The translations under genes and the position numbers were made by a program. 64,000 nucleotides of DNA from Octopus vulgaris (taxonomy: Eukaryota). The stretch's first letter is position 1; every line of letters starts with the position of its first letter. The stretch is taken from assembly GCA_951406725.2 (NCBI GenBank), contig OX597823.1, positions 94,736,001 to 94,800,000 on the forward strand, given 5' to 3'. Of this stretch, positions 1 to 13,200 are shown one piece after another. Under the pieces are notes generated by a model. It was not told the origin of the DNA, ran no database searches, and saw only the letters and a list, made by a program, of their open reading frames with translations.

Positions 1-1169
1 CCAATTGTGAGTCGCACATAAATACAATAACTTAGAATTTATCCAGCAGGATTACTTCAGTCTCTCAACATCTAGCATCAAACCACTCCTCCTCCTCCTC
101 TCAAATATTCCTCTCATTTAGTTGAGGTGGGAGTGGCTTTTTCTGTTTTCCTCTTCCCTGTTCGTTTTTTTCTTCGTCTTGCAAGTTACCTGACGACCTC
201 ACTGGATAGGTGGCATAAAGAAAGTACTCAGTATGCACTGGCTGGCATTAGACAAGGGCATCTGGTCAAAGAAACCATGATATAGGAGCTCAACATATGC
301 TCCAGAGCTTGCTGGTCGCTGTCAAACCATCCAACCCATGCCAGCATGGAAAACCAGTTGTTGAATAATGATGATACGGTGACTGTCAGGGGGTAATTAA
401 CTCAGGTGGATTAGATTCAGTGGAGTTGTTGTTCTCATTACGTATCATCTAGATCCGATGTGCTTGCTCTCCCTGTGGGGCATTTGTCAAATCTGCAAGC
501 TAGATTTTTGGGCCACAAATAGAAGCATTACTTTACCTGCTGGAATGTTAGGGCTGACTCTTGGATGTGGTTTGCGTTCATGAGGGATGTGGTGAACTCA
601 TTGGTTGGAGCTGGCTCAACCCATCTCTCGGATGAAGGCCACCACAAATCCAAGTAAGTAATAAGAGGGTGAACATGGTTGATACCAGTCAGCCAGCACT
701 GGCCATGCTTGAATAGTGCTTTCTACACGCCACCAGCACGGAAGCCAGTCAGGCTGTGCTGGCACCAACCATGTTTGAATGATGCTTTTTACATGCCACC
801 GGCACATGAGCCAGTCATGCGGCACTGGCATTGACTGTGTTTGAACGGTACTTTTTATGTGCCACCAGCACGGGACCATTCTGCCAACACAGGCAACAAA
901 CACGCTCAAATGGTGTGTTTTACGTGCCACCGGCATGGGAGCCAGTCAGCCGGCACTGGCAACAATCATGCTTGAATGGTGCTTTTTACCTGCCACCATA
1001 TCTATAAGGTGTTTGATGGCCATCAATGAGTTTAGGAATGAAGTAGGTGAAGGGTATTTATTGGTGTCATTTGCACCTTTGGGGTGACATTTTAACTTCT
1101 GTCCTCAGAAATTGAAACTTCTGTCTTGTTTTTTCTTTTCTTTTTTTTTTGGTTTCTTTTACTCTGCAG

Positions 1170-1251
1170 TTGACATTAATAGAAACTTTGATCTTGTCAG
1201 AATCAATCACAAACGTACCCTCACCTGTTAATTGTTACAGGAAATTGTTAG
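1170..1251 (+). CDS. INTS10: INTS10 exon (LTLIETLILSESITNVPSPVNCYRKLL)
   Basis: Pyrimidine tract + CTGCAG acceptor; G|GTAAGT donor; SPVNCxRKL motif. Confidence 0.9.
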
Positions 1252-4200
1252 GTAAGTCAAACTTCTTAATTATTGTCAGTGTTGTTGTTGCTATTATTAT
1301 TATTGTTGTTGTTATTGTTACTACTACTACTACTACTACTACTACATAAGGTGACAAGCTAGCAGAATCTTTAGCATGCTGGACAAGATGCTTAATGGCA
1401 TTTCATCCATTAATCACTCCTTGTCAAAGGTCTTATCTTTTGTATCTGATATTTTCTTCACTTGAGAACAGGTTACAAAAGTGTTCTGAGTTCAAATGCT
1501 GCTGCGGTCGACTTTGTTACAATAGGGTTTAAAACAGCTGAGCCAATGAGAGAGTCATTACCTGGTCATCTTCCCTTGCTAGAAATGACAACCAAGTCTC
1601 CTTCAAATCATACACTGTTATCATTTTCATCATTTCACATCCATCTTCCATGCTGGCATGGGTTGGACAGTTTGACAGGAGCTGGCAAGACTAGAGAGCT
1701 GCCACAGTTTCCAATTGTCTGTTTCAGCATGATTTCTATGGCTGTATGCCCTTCCTAATGCCAACCACTTTACAAGTGGCACCAGCTCTGACAAGGTCTG
1801 TTATGGTATGGCTTTCTGAAACAAAGATACATTACATTATTTACATTTGACGGATATTTGTCATCATCTTGTTTGTTGTTAGCACAACATTTCGGCTGAT
1901 ATACCCTCCAGGCTTCATCAGGTGTCTTGGGGAAATTTCGAACAAGATGAGGACAAATATCTGTCAAATGTAAATAATGTAAATAATGAACAGACCAATG
2001 ATCTAAAGCATTCCAAATGTGATCATCAAATGTAAATAATGTACATAATTCCTCATTTCTTAGATATAGAACTATAAAGATACATTAGACTGAATCTTTT
2101 GAAGAATTAGTGAAGAAATCTCAGATGTGGCAGTAACTCCTAGAATTGGAAGGTCTTGAAGTGAAGGTAGCAGCAGAAACTAAGGTTTTAGTAAAAATAA
2201 AGCCAGGATTTTATGGTGTGAAGTCATCATGTCCAGCATAATGTAAAGAAGCTGGAGTTGCATAAAGTGTCTCCAATATAAACCATGATGAAGGGTACAG
2301 AAGAAGAATAAGAGGTGGTGGAGTGGCTTTGTAGGTTGGTTGGCAGGAAAGGTCTTCTTGTGTGATATCTTTTGAAGAATAGTCAGGAACTCACATGGAC
2401 TAATGGTTAGGGTACTCGGCTCATGACAGTCATGTCATGGGTTCGATTCCCAGCAGTAGATTGTGTCCCTCAGCAAGATGCTTTATTTCATGTTGCTGCA
2501 GTCCACTCAGTTGGGGATAAAATGAGTTGTACCTGTAATTCAGAAGGGCCCAGCCCTTGTCATATTCTGTGTCATGCTGAATCTTCCCCAGGTCTATGTT
2601 AAGAGTATGTGTGTTTGTGGAGTACTCAGCCACTTGCAAGTTGATTTCATGAGCTGACCAGCTGATCGGTTTCACTGATTGGATCAACTGTAACACTTGT
2701 CACCGTAACCAACAAAGTTCCAGTTATGAAGAATGGTCAGCAAAAACACTGCCATCATCATTTTAACACTTACTAGCACTATGACCCGGCAAAGTGTTAG
2801 TGCATGCATATACAGCTGCGTGCGTGCGCACATACACGCGAGTACTGTCCAAAACTCTGACCAATCACATACAGCTAGCTGGCATTCAATTGGCGTATCA
2901 AGTTTCGGGCATTTTGATTGGGTTTTGGATAGAAAATTCACAAAAAAGTGACTTCTATTGATTTTTAATGGCTTTGCGGGGTGACTGGGGAAATGTAAAG
3001 ATGTGCACGACCACCCTTGGACGGTTTTGAATGACCATAGAAAGTGCGAGCCCTCTAACGGAAAAATTGTGGATTTGTATAAAGGACACACACACAGACA
3101 TTTTGCCGTTTATATATAGAGAGATATGCATGATGTTTTCAATGCCAACAATATTTTATTTCTGGTTCTTTCTTTGATTCTATTATTCATTTATCCATCC
3201 TTGTCTCTAAAATAACTAATAACGATGCAACATGTTTGAATTATTTTCCCTTTTCTGTTCTTCATTTCAGTATGTGATGTGTTGCCGTTGGTTCTTCAGA
3301 AATGCCGGGTGTCTTTTACATCAGCAGACCTCTACACATGGATGCAAAAAGCAATACAATTTTATATTTCATACGTCACACAACCACCAAGCCCTTTAGA
3401 ATGTAGTACGGCTCCATCCTCATCAGGTGAGAAGAAATTTTTCTCTTTTAATTTCACAGCAATGGAATGAGAGATTTGGTAGAGCATCAGAGAAAATGCC
3501 CAGCAGATTTTGTTTCTGCTCTTTACATTCATCATCATTTAACGTTCGTTTTCCATGCTGGTGTGGGTTGGATGGTTTGACAGGAGTCACACCAGGTTTC
3601 TTAGTCTGTTTTGACTTGGTTTCTACAGCTGGATGCCCTTCCTAACGCCAACCACTTTACCGAGTAGACTGGACTGAGTAAATTTTATTGTGTTATTAGG
3701 AATTTGATTGACAGGACCGAACTAGCTTCTCTTCTCTCTGTCACTTGACAATCATCAGAATTGCTGCCCGCCTTCATGAGTTACTTCCCTTGTAGTTCAT
3801 GGAGTTTTCATTCCTCTCCATATTTCATCATTGTCTTCTCCTCTTCTTTCTCCTGCTTCTGCCCATCGTAGGTCAACATGTTGCATATTCTCGTTCAGTA
3901 ACCATCGCAGGCAGGTTCACATGTGAGCTACATGGCCTGCTCCTGATCTGTTGCAAGTGAAACTACTTGACGCAACGGAGAAGTGCCGCCTCTCATGTGC
4001 CCTGTCATAGTCTCTCTGTTGTTTCTCCTAAATGGCTGGAATTATGAGCTTCAGTGATCGGTGCCATTCATCCTGCTACAGGGTCTTCTCCTGGGTGTCA
4101 AGGGAAGATGCTGGAGTTCTTCATATATCTATTCAGTACATCTCTGCATCACAACATCTGGCCACCACAGCTCCGCCTGCTCTGATCCAGTTCAGCATAG

Positions 4201-7200
4201 GAAGCTGCCTTTGGGAGCCTGCTGCCCTCCATCCGGCAAACAGATGCTTATTGACTTACTGCTGCTCTCCTTGGTGACTTAACTTTGCTGTGGCTCACAG
4301 ACAACACAATCCCTCCATGCAGATTCTTCTTCAGAGTTACTGCTCCCCTGGATGGGTTGCTATCACTGCAGCTTGCAGAGCTCACCTTTTCTCTATGGCT
4401 ATAAAGATTAAGATGTGGTGTGAAAGTACTCAATACATGTGGGAGAATTTATATCTTTTATCTTTTACTTGTCTCAATCATTACACTGGGGCCATGCTGG
4501 GGCAACACCCTGAAGAATTCTAGTCAAACCAAACGACTCCAGAACTTATTTCATTTTAAGCCTGGAACTTATTCTGTCAGCTCCTTTTGCTGAACTGCTA
4601 AGTTATGAGGATGTAAACACACCAACCCTGGTTATCAAGAATGGTGGGGGACAAACACAGTCACGCAGGCATTCTCACGCATGCACATACATGATGGGCT
4701 TCTTTTAGTTTCCATCCTGCAGATGCATTCACAAGGCTTTTGTTGGCCCAAAGCTATAGTAGAAGACACTCAAGATGCCATGTAGTGGGACTGAACCCAG
4801 AACCATATGGCTGAGAAGCAAACTTCTTACCACACAGCCATATTTATAATGTGACCATGCCAGCCTAGTGGTCATGGTGTTGCAGTCACGAGATAGGAAG
4901 GTCATGGTTTCGATTCCCAGACCAGCTGTACATTGTATTCTTGAGCAAGTCCCTTCATTTTATGTTGCTCCTTTCCACTAAGCTGTAAATATGTAACCCT
5001 GCAATGGACTCCTGTCCCATTCAGAATGAAAATATCGTGATCTCGGTCCCTTGGCCACTTTGGAAACCCAGTAACCAGTTCTGTGTATCCTAGGACTTGA
5101 AGAGATATTTGTGTGCTACCATTACTCTTCTCACCAAGTTGTCAGAACCCAATGTGGTGGTTATCAGACTTGTTAATATCCTGGCCAGATCCAAAACCTG
5201 GATTTTTTTAGGGGGCTACATTAAAAAAAGTAAAACACTAATAAATAAAGAAAAATTTGTAGTAAAGATTGTTTGCCAACATAACATGGCAGTCCTGGTT
5301 GAGGACAAATGTTGCTGTAATTTAGCCCCAGGAGACATTGTCTCCAGCTGGCTATACGACATGATCTGTGTCCTTATATTTTCAAACAAGGGAATCTAGC
5401 ACCCCCACTCAGCTCAAACCAATATCTGTGTATCACGATTTCTCGGTTATTTCTCTTCATCAGCACAGAATAATTGTTCGGCTAGAGGTGGCGCTGTCTA
5501 ATTCCCGTTCGAAATATATAGTTTTCAAAGTGACAATATAAGAACACAGATCATGTCGTATAGCCAGCTGGAGACAATGTCTCCTGGGGCTAAATTACAG
5601 CAACATTTGTCCTAAACCAGGACTGCCATGTTATGTTGGCAACCAATCTTTACTCCAAAGTACTGTTGCTGAATATCTCTCGTGAAATTTTTAAAATAGT
5701 AATTTTCTAAAGAAAAATTTGTTATATTTATGGTGGGAAGACTGTCAGGGGCTGCCACAAGGATGATTGTGGGCTGCTCGAGGGCCTGGGAGCCATGGTT
5801 GAGAACTGCTAGCCCAACATATAGCATTTTATTCTTTCTGTAAAACATTGTAAAAATGCTGTCACTCCTTGTGGAGATTTGAAGAGTTTTGTCTTATGCA
5901 GTTTTTATTTCCTTTTTTAGATATTTTGTCACCAACCAAGCAGTGTATGAAGAAATATCCATTAATTGTTGGTTTGCAAGAAAAAGAAAGTCAGGTTTCT
6001 GATCCGTGGGGAAGTCTCTTCAAACTGATCCAGCAAATATCAGTTTTACTCAAATGGGATATTGACCCAGATTTTTTTTCTAAACCCAGGTTAGTACAGA
6101 CGTCATCATCATCATCGTCTTCATCATTATATTGTTTGCTTTTCCAGGCTTGCATGGGTTGGACAGTTTATTGAGGCAGGTTTTCCCAATTTGGATGCTC
6201 TTCCTCTCACCGACCCTCACCTCTTTCCAAACAAGGTTATATTCCCCCCCACCCCCACAGCTGGAGATGCTTTTGCAGGATATTGCAAAGGATAAGAGCA
6301 TGATTCTCATTTACAACTACTGTGCACTGTCAAAATTACGTCTAAATTAAACAAAAATGAAAACAACACTGACATCTCATTTTAACAGATCTATTTACCA
6401 AAATTACATAAAAATATCTTGAAATACTTAAGAGTAAATTTATTCAATACAATCACCATCGGTTTCAACCATGGCCTGCAGTTCTTCTGGATGGTCTCTT
6501 TGTTTTTTAAGTTGGTGAATTCTGCTATAATCCTTGCCTTCAGTTCATCTTTGGTGTTACAAGGAATTTTTATTGCTCTCTCACTCAACTGCACCCCACA
6601 TAATAATCTAGGGGGTTGCAGTCTGGGGAGTTAGGGGTGATGTGGTGGCAGGAATTGTCTGACAGCCAAGACTGGGTCCTCCTGCTTGTGTGGCATGAGG
6701 CAGAGTCCTGTTACCAGATATAGGGTCTTCCAGCAGCCACCCTCTTGACCCAGGGCAGCACTATCTCCTTCAAGCACTTGATGTAGGCCTCCATGTTGAG
6801 TCTGAGGCCACGTGGGAATATGAATGGAGACATAATGTCTCTTTCTGAATCCTCTACACTATCCTCAGATTGATACTCAAACACTCTGAAATGTTTGTAT
6901 TGGAACTTCCGGCATGAATGCCAAGCAGTACAGCATGTTGTTTCCTAATTTCTGGCAGACTGAATTACATCAGGGTGCTGTTTTTTTCACAGACGGTGCC
7001 CAACTGACCCTACTGTACTGTGTAGTTGACAAAATCAAAAACAGTGTTCATGCACGAAATTAAAAATTTTAAATGCTGACAATTTACCCATCACTCCCTG
7101 TATACACACAAACACACACACACACACACACGTATTAAGAAAAAGGAGGCAGTCAGAATTTTGGACAATTCTTTATTAGCGCTTTCGTTTGTTTAACCAA

Positions 7201-10200
7201 ACTCTTCAAGAAACATTGAACAAAAATAAGCTTTGGTTCAGTTTTTCAGTTAAACGAACGAAAGTGCTAATGAAGAATTATCCAAAATTCTGCCTCCTTT
7301 TTCTTAATATATATGTGTGTGTATGTGAGTGTGTGTGTCTGTATGTGTGAGCGTGTGTGTTTGTGTCTGTGTTTGTCCCCCATCACCACTGCTTTCCAAC
7401 TGGTATCGGTATCCCCATAACTTACTGGTTCAGCAAAAAAAGAGACCGATAACTGTCAGTACCAGACTTAGAAAATGGTAAATTCTGGGATTGCTTCATT
7501 TGTCTGAAATTCCTTCACAGCAGTGCCCCAGCATGGCCACATGACTGCAACAAGTAAGAAATAAAACAAATATATAATTTTTCATTATCCCATTCATTCC
7601 TCATACAATCACAACAAACATTAAGTCAATAGACTGGACAGAAAACAGTTGCATCTAATTATTCTTTGGCTGTAATTATTCTTTGGTCATAATTATTCTT
7701 TGGCCGTAATTATTCTTTGGCCATAATTATTCTTTAGTTGTAATTATTCTTTGGTCGTAATTATTCTTTGGTCATAATTATTCTTTGGCCATAATTATTC
7801 TTTGGTCGTAATTATTCTTTGGTCATAATTATTCTTTGGCCATAATTATTCTTTGGTCGTAATTATTCTTTGGCCGTAATTATTCTTTGGTCGTAATTAT
7901 TCTTTGGTCGTAATTATTCTTTGGTCATAATTATTCTTTGGCCATAATTATTCTTTGGTCGTAATTATTCTTTGGTCATAATTATTCTTTGGCCATAATT
8001 ATTCTTTGGTCGTAATTATTCTTTGGCCGTAATTATTCTTTGGCCATAATTATTCTTTAGTTGTAATTATTCTTTGGTCGTAATTATTCTTTGGTCATAA
8101 TTATTCTTTGGCCATAATTATTCTTTGGCCATAATTATTCTTTGGTCGTAATTGTTCTTTAGCCGTAATTATTCTTTGGTCGTAATTATTCTTTGGTCGT
8201 AATTATTCTTTGGACGTAATTATTCTTTGGTCATAATTATTCTTTGGCCATAATTATTCTTTGGTTGTAATTATTCTTTGGACGTAATTATTCTTTGGTC
8301 ATAATTATTCTTTGGTCATAATTATTCTTTGGTCGTAATTATTTTTTGGCCATAATTATTCTTTGGTTGTAATTATTCTTTGGGCGTAATTATTCTTTGG
8401 TCATAATTATTCTTTGGCCATAATTATTCTTTGGTTGTAATTATTCTTTAGCCGTAATTATTCTTTGGTCATAATTATTCTTTGGCCGTAATTATTCTTT
8501 GGTTGTAATTATTCTTTGGACGTAATTATTCTTTAGACGTAATTATTCTTTGGCCGTAATTATTCTTTAGACGTAATTATTCTTTGGTCGTAATTATTCT
8601 TTGGCCGTAATTATTCTTTGGTTGTAATTATTCTTTGGGCGTAATTATTCTTTGGTCATAATTATTCTTTGGCCGTAATTATTCTTTGGTCATAATTATT
8701 CTTTGGATGTAATTATTCTTTGGCCATAATTATTCTTTGGCCGTAATTATTCTTTGGTCGTAATTATTCTTTGGCCGTAATTATTCTTTGGCCGTAATTA
8801 TTCTTTGGTTGTAATTATTCTTTGGTCGTAATTATTCTTTGGTCATAATTATTCTTTGGCCATAATTATTCTTTGGTCGTAATTATTCTTTGGCCGTAAT
8901 TATTCTTTGGTTGTAATTATTCTTTGGACGTAATTATTCTTTGGTCGTAATTATTCTTTGGCCATAATTATTCTTTGGTCGTAATTATTCTTTAGCCATA
9001 ATTATTCTTTGGCCATAATTATTCTTTGGCCGTAATTATTCTTTGGCCGTAATTATTCTTTGGCCGTAATTATTCTTTGGCCGTAATTATTCTTTGGCCG
9101 TAATTATTCTTTGGCCGTAATTATTCTTTGGCCGTAATTATTCTTTGGCCGTAATTATTCTTTGGCCGTAATTATTCTTTAGCCGTAATTATTCTTTAGC
9201 CGTAATTATTCTTTGGACGTAATTATTCTTTGGCCGTAATTATTCTTTGGCCGTAATTATTCTTTAGCCGTAATTATTCTTTGGCCGTAATTATTCTTTG
9301 GCCGTAATTATTCTTTGGACGTAATTATTCTTTGGCCGTAATTATTCTTTGGCCATAATTATTCTTTGGCCATAATTATTCTTTGGTCGTAATTATTCTT
9401 TGGTCGTAATTATTCTTTGGTCATAATTATTCTTTGGTCATAAATATTCTTTGGTCGTAATTATTCTTTGGACGTAATTATTCTTTGGACGTAATTATTC
9501 TTTGGACGTAATAATTCTTTGGTCATAATTATTCTTTGGCCGTAATTATTCTTTGGCCGTAATTATTCTTTGGCGTTAATTATTCTTTGGATGTAATTAT
9601 TCTTTGGCCGTAATTATTCTTTGGTCATAATTATTCTTTGGACGTAATTATTCTTTGGCCGTAATTATTCTTTGGCCGTAATTATTCTTTGGCCGTAATT
9701 ATTCTTTGGACGTAATTATTCTTTGGCCGTAATTATTCTTTGGTCATAATTATCCTTTGGCCGTAATTATTCTTTGGTTGTAATTATTCTTTGGACGTAA
9801 TTATTCTTTAGCTGTAATTATTCTTTGGTCATAATTATTCTTTGGCCGTAATTATTCTTTGGTTGTAATTATTCTTTGGCCGTAATTATTCTTTGGTCAT
9901 AAATATTCTTTGGTCGTAATTATTCTTTGGCCGTAATTATTCTTTGGATGTAATTATTCTTTGGCCATAATTATTCTTTCGACGACACATGAAATAATTG
10001 TAGAAAGACATAAATTAATGCTTTTCCATAAAGAATTTTGTGATTGCTAATTTTTGTTTTCTTTCTGTCTCGCTTCTACTTTCAGAGACTACCAATGGCA
10101 GCAGATATTGATTTTACACTCAAGAGCAGGACAAAGTAATCAAGAAAGCAGCTATCACCAGATATTATATATGACTGCAGTTGTGTTCCTTAATTGCCTC

Positions 10201-13200
10201 TACTCCTATATCAGTTGTGTTGATGCAGAGATTTTTGTGTCAGGTAAAACGGAAGCTGAATATAGCTTCTTCCTTCTTTTAATTCCTCTTCTATGTCTTT
10301 GATGTAGACATTATGGTTTTTTTTTTTTTTGTTATTATTATAAATAAGGCGGTGAGCTAACAGAATCATTAGCACGCCGGGCAAAATGCTTCACGGCATT
10401 TTATCCGTCCTTGCGTTCTGAGTTCAAATTCCGCTGAGGTCAACTTTGCCTTTCATCCCCTTTGAGGTTGATAAATTAAGTACCAGTTGCATACTGAAGT
10501 TGAGCTAATCAACTGGCCCCCTCCCCCCAAATTTCAGGCCTTGTGTCTAAAGTAGAAAGGATTATTACTATTGTTGTTGTTGTTGTTATTAAGGCAGTGA
10601 GCTGGCAGATTCGTTAGCACACTGGACAGAATGCTTCATGGTATTTCACCCATCACTACGTTCTGAGTTCAAATTCCGCCGAGGTCGACTTTGCCTTTCA
10701 TTCCCTTTGGGGGTTGATAAATTGAGTATCAGTTAAATACTGGGCTTCAGGTAATTAACTAGTTCCCACCACCACCACCACCACCACCACCAAGTTTCAA
10801 GCATTGTGACTTTAGCAAAAAGTATTATTATTAATATTATAAAGATGGCAAGCTGGCAGAATCATTAGCATACTGGACATAATGCATGATCTGAGTTCAA
10901 ATTCCGCCAAGGCCAATAAAATAAGTACCAGTTATGCACTGAGGTTGATGTAGTCAACTTAGCCCCTCCCCTGAAATTGCTGGCCTTGTGCCAAAATTTG
11001 AAGCTGTAGTTGTGAGCCCTGTGCTGGTAGCACATAAAAACACCATCCTAACGTGGCCGATGCCAGTGCCAGTGGCACGTAAAAAGCACCATCTGATCAT
11101 GGTCAATGCCAGCTCCTCTGGTCCCTGTGCCAGTGGCATGTAAAAAAGCAACCACTACATTCTCGGAGTGGTTGGCATTAAGAAGGGCATCCAGCTGTAG
11201 AAACACTGCCAGATCAAACTGGAGCCTGGTGCAGCCTCCTGGCTTCCCAGACCCCAGTCAAACCGTCCAACCCATGCCAGCATGGAAAACGGACGTTAAA
11301 TGATGATGATGATGATGATGATTGTTATTAAGGTGGTGAGCTGGCAGAATTGTTAGCATGCCAGACGAAATGCTTAGTGGCATTTCATCTGTATTTATGT
11401 TCTGTGTTCAAACTGCTAATGTTGACTTCACCTTTCTTCCATTTGGAGTCAATGAAATAAGTACCAGTTATGCACTGGGGTCGATGTAATCGACTAGCCT
11501 CACTACTTCAAAATTTCAGGCCTTGTGCCTATAGTAGAAAGGATTATTATTGTTATTATTATTATTATTATTATCATTATCACCTCTTATGTGGTAGTAA
11601 CAGTCATTCACAACTATCACTTGATGTCAAGGCAAGGAGACACAGACACTCACACACACCCACACATGCACATACAGTGAGCTTCTTTCAGTTTCTGTTA
11701 GTCTACTAAATCCACTCACAAGGATTTGGTTAGCCTGAGATTAAAGTAGAAGACACTTGCCCAAGGTGCCACACAGCAGGACTGAACTTGAAACCTCTTG
11801 GTTGAGAAGCCTACTGCTTAACCACACAACCATGCCTTCCCATGTTTCATTTTACACAAATATTGACTGTTATTTCTTGCAGGTTCTGCCATAGGCCTAC
11901 CGGCACCCCTTGTTCTTCTAGAAGGAATTAAAACAGAACGGTCAAATTCCGAGTAAGTCTATTTCATGATTTTTTTTTCTACTATTTTTCAAAATTTTGT
12001 TAGTTTTTGTTTCCTTATTCATTCGTTTAAGTCGTCAGGTGGCAAATATTCATGGAACATTTTGCAAAATGCTTAGGTCCAATGCTTTACATTCTGAGTT
12101 CAAAACCCACCAAGATCAATAAAATAAATTCTAGTTAAGGATTAAATGAACTCTTTTCATATCAGCCGGTCTGAAGATCAGCTCTGGTTTTATGATACAC
12201 ACTTTGTTCCAAAATTATCTTTTTACCTATGTACACCTTGGATTACAATGTTGTTCTTGTGCACCTCTATAACCCTCCAGTGTTTAAAAGCTAGTTTTAT
12301 ATATACTTCTTTCAAAATTCCTATTTTGTTATTCACACATTCACTCATGTAGGTTTTCAATTACACCCTTTGAAAGAACATGTTCCAGTGGCCAGAAACT
12401 TGTTGAACTATGGAAAGTATAAGAGAAAGAAATCAAGCTGTTTCTGGCATTAAATACATCTGAAGCTTGGTCCCATGCCAGTGGCACGTAAAAAGCACCA
12501 TTTGAGCATGGCCGTTGCCTGTGCTGCCTGACTGGCTCCTGTGCCAGTGGCACGTAAAAAGCACCTTTCGAGTGTCGTTGTTACCAGTGCCACCTGACTG
12601 GCCCCTGTGCCCCTGCATCTCCCAAGACTACGAACCCCGTAGGAGGGAGTGGGGACGGCTTAATACGTGGGAACAAGGGGTTAAAGTATATACAAGTATG
12701 AGAAAAGGGTGAACAGTTCGGTTCTTATAGAGGAGCTGGGCATTTTATTATAATCTATTATATTTATTAATATATATATATATATATATAGAGAGAGATG
12801 AAAATTAAATTATTAATTACTCTGGCTCTTTATATTTTAATTTTTCTTTTTGAATTAATAATTTTGAATTGTTTTAAATGTCTTTTTTATTTAATTTTGA
12901 TTTTATTTATTTATTATTTTTCCCCCCTGTTTACCAAAGAACGAAAGTAAAGAAGCTTCGACCAGAGATTCAGACTTCTTCTTACCCTCATGTTACAGCT
13001 AGTGCTGAAATTCCAGATTCTCAAATGATCATCAATCATTTTATAATTGCTCACAAATGTTACGAATTGCTCCATTCAAGCGATATTTTACAGAGAGGTA
13101 AGAAGAAAAGGAACCTTTTTCATGGTCTCTACCCAGTTATCTCCCCTTGATATTCCCTAACAACCCGTTGAAATGTACGCGCACACAAACACACACACAC

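Noticed and set aside
7656-9979. CRISPR-like array (constant repeat + variable part)
   Set aside because: The variable part is only 5 nt and recurs, the context is a eukaryotic intron, and no cas genes are present; it is a tandem repeat.
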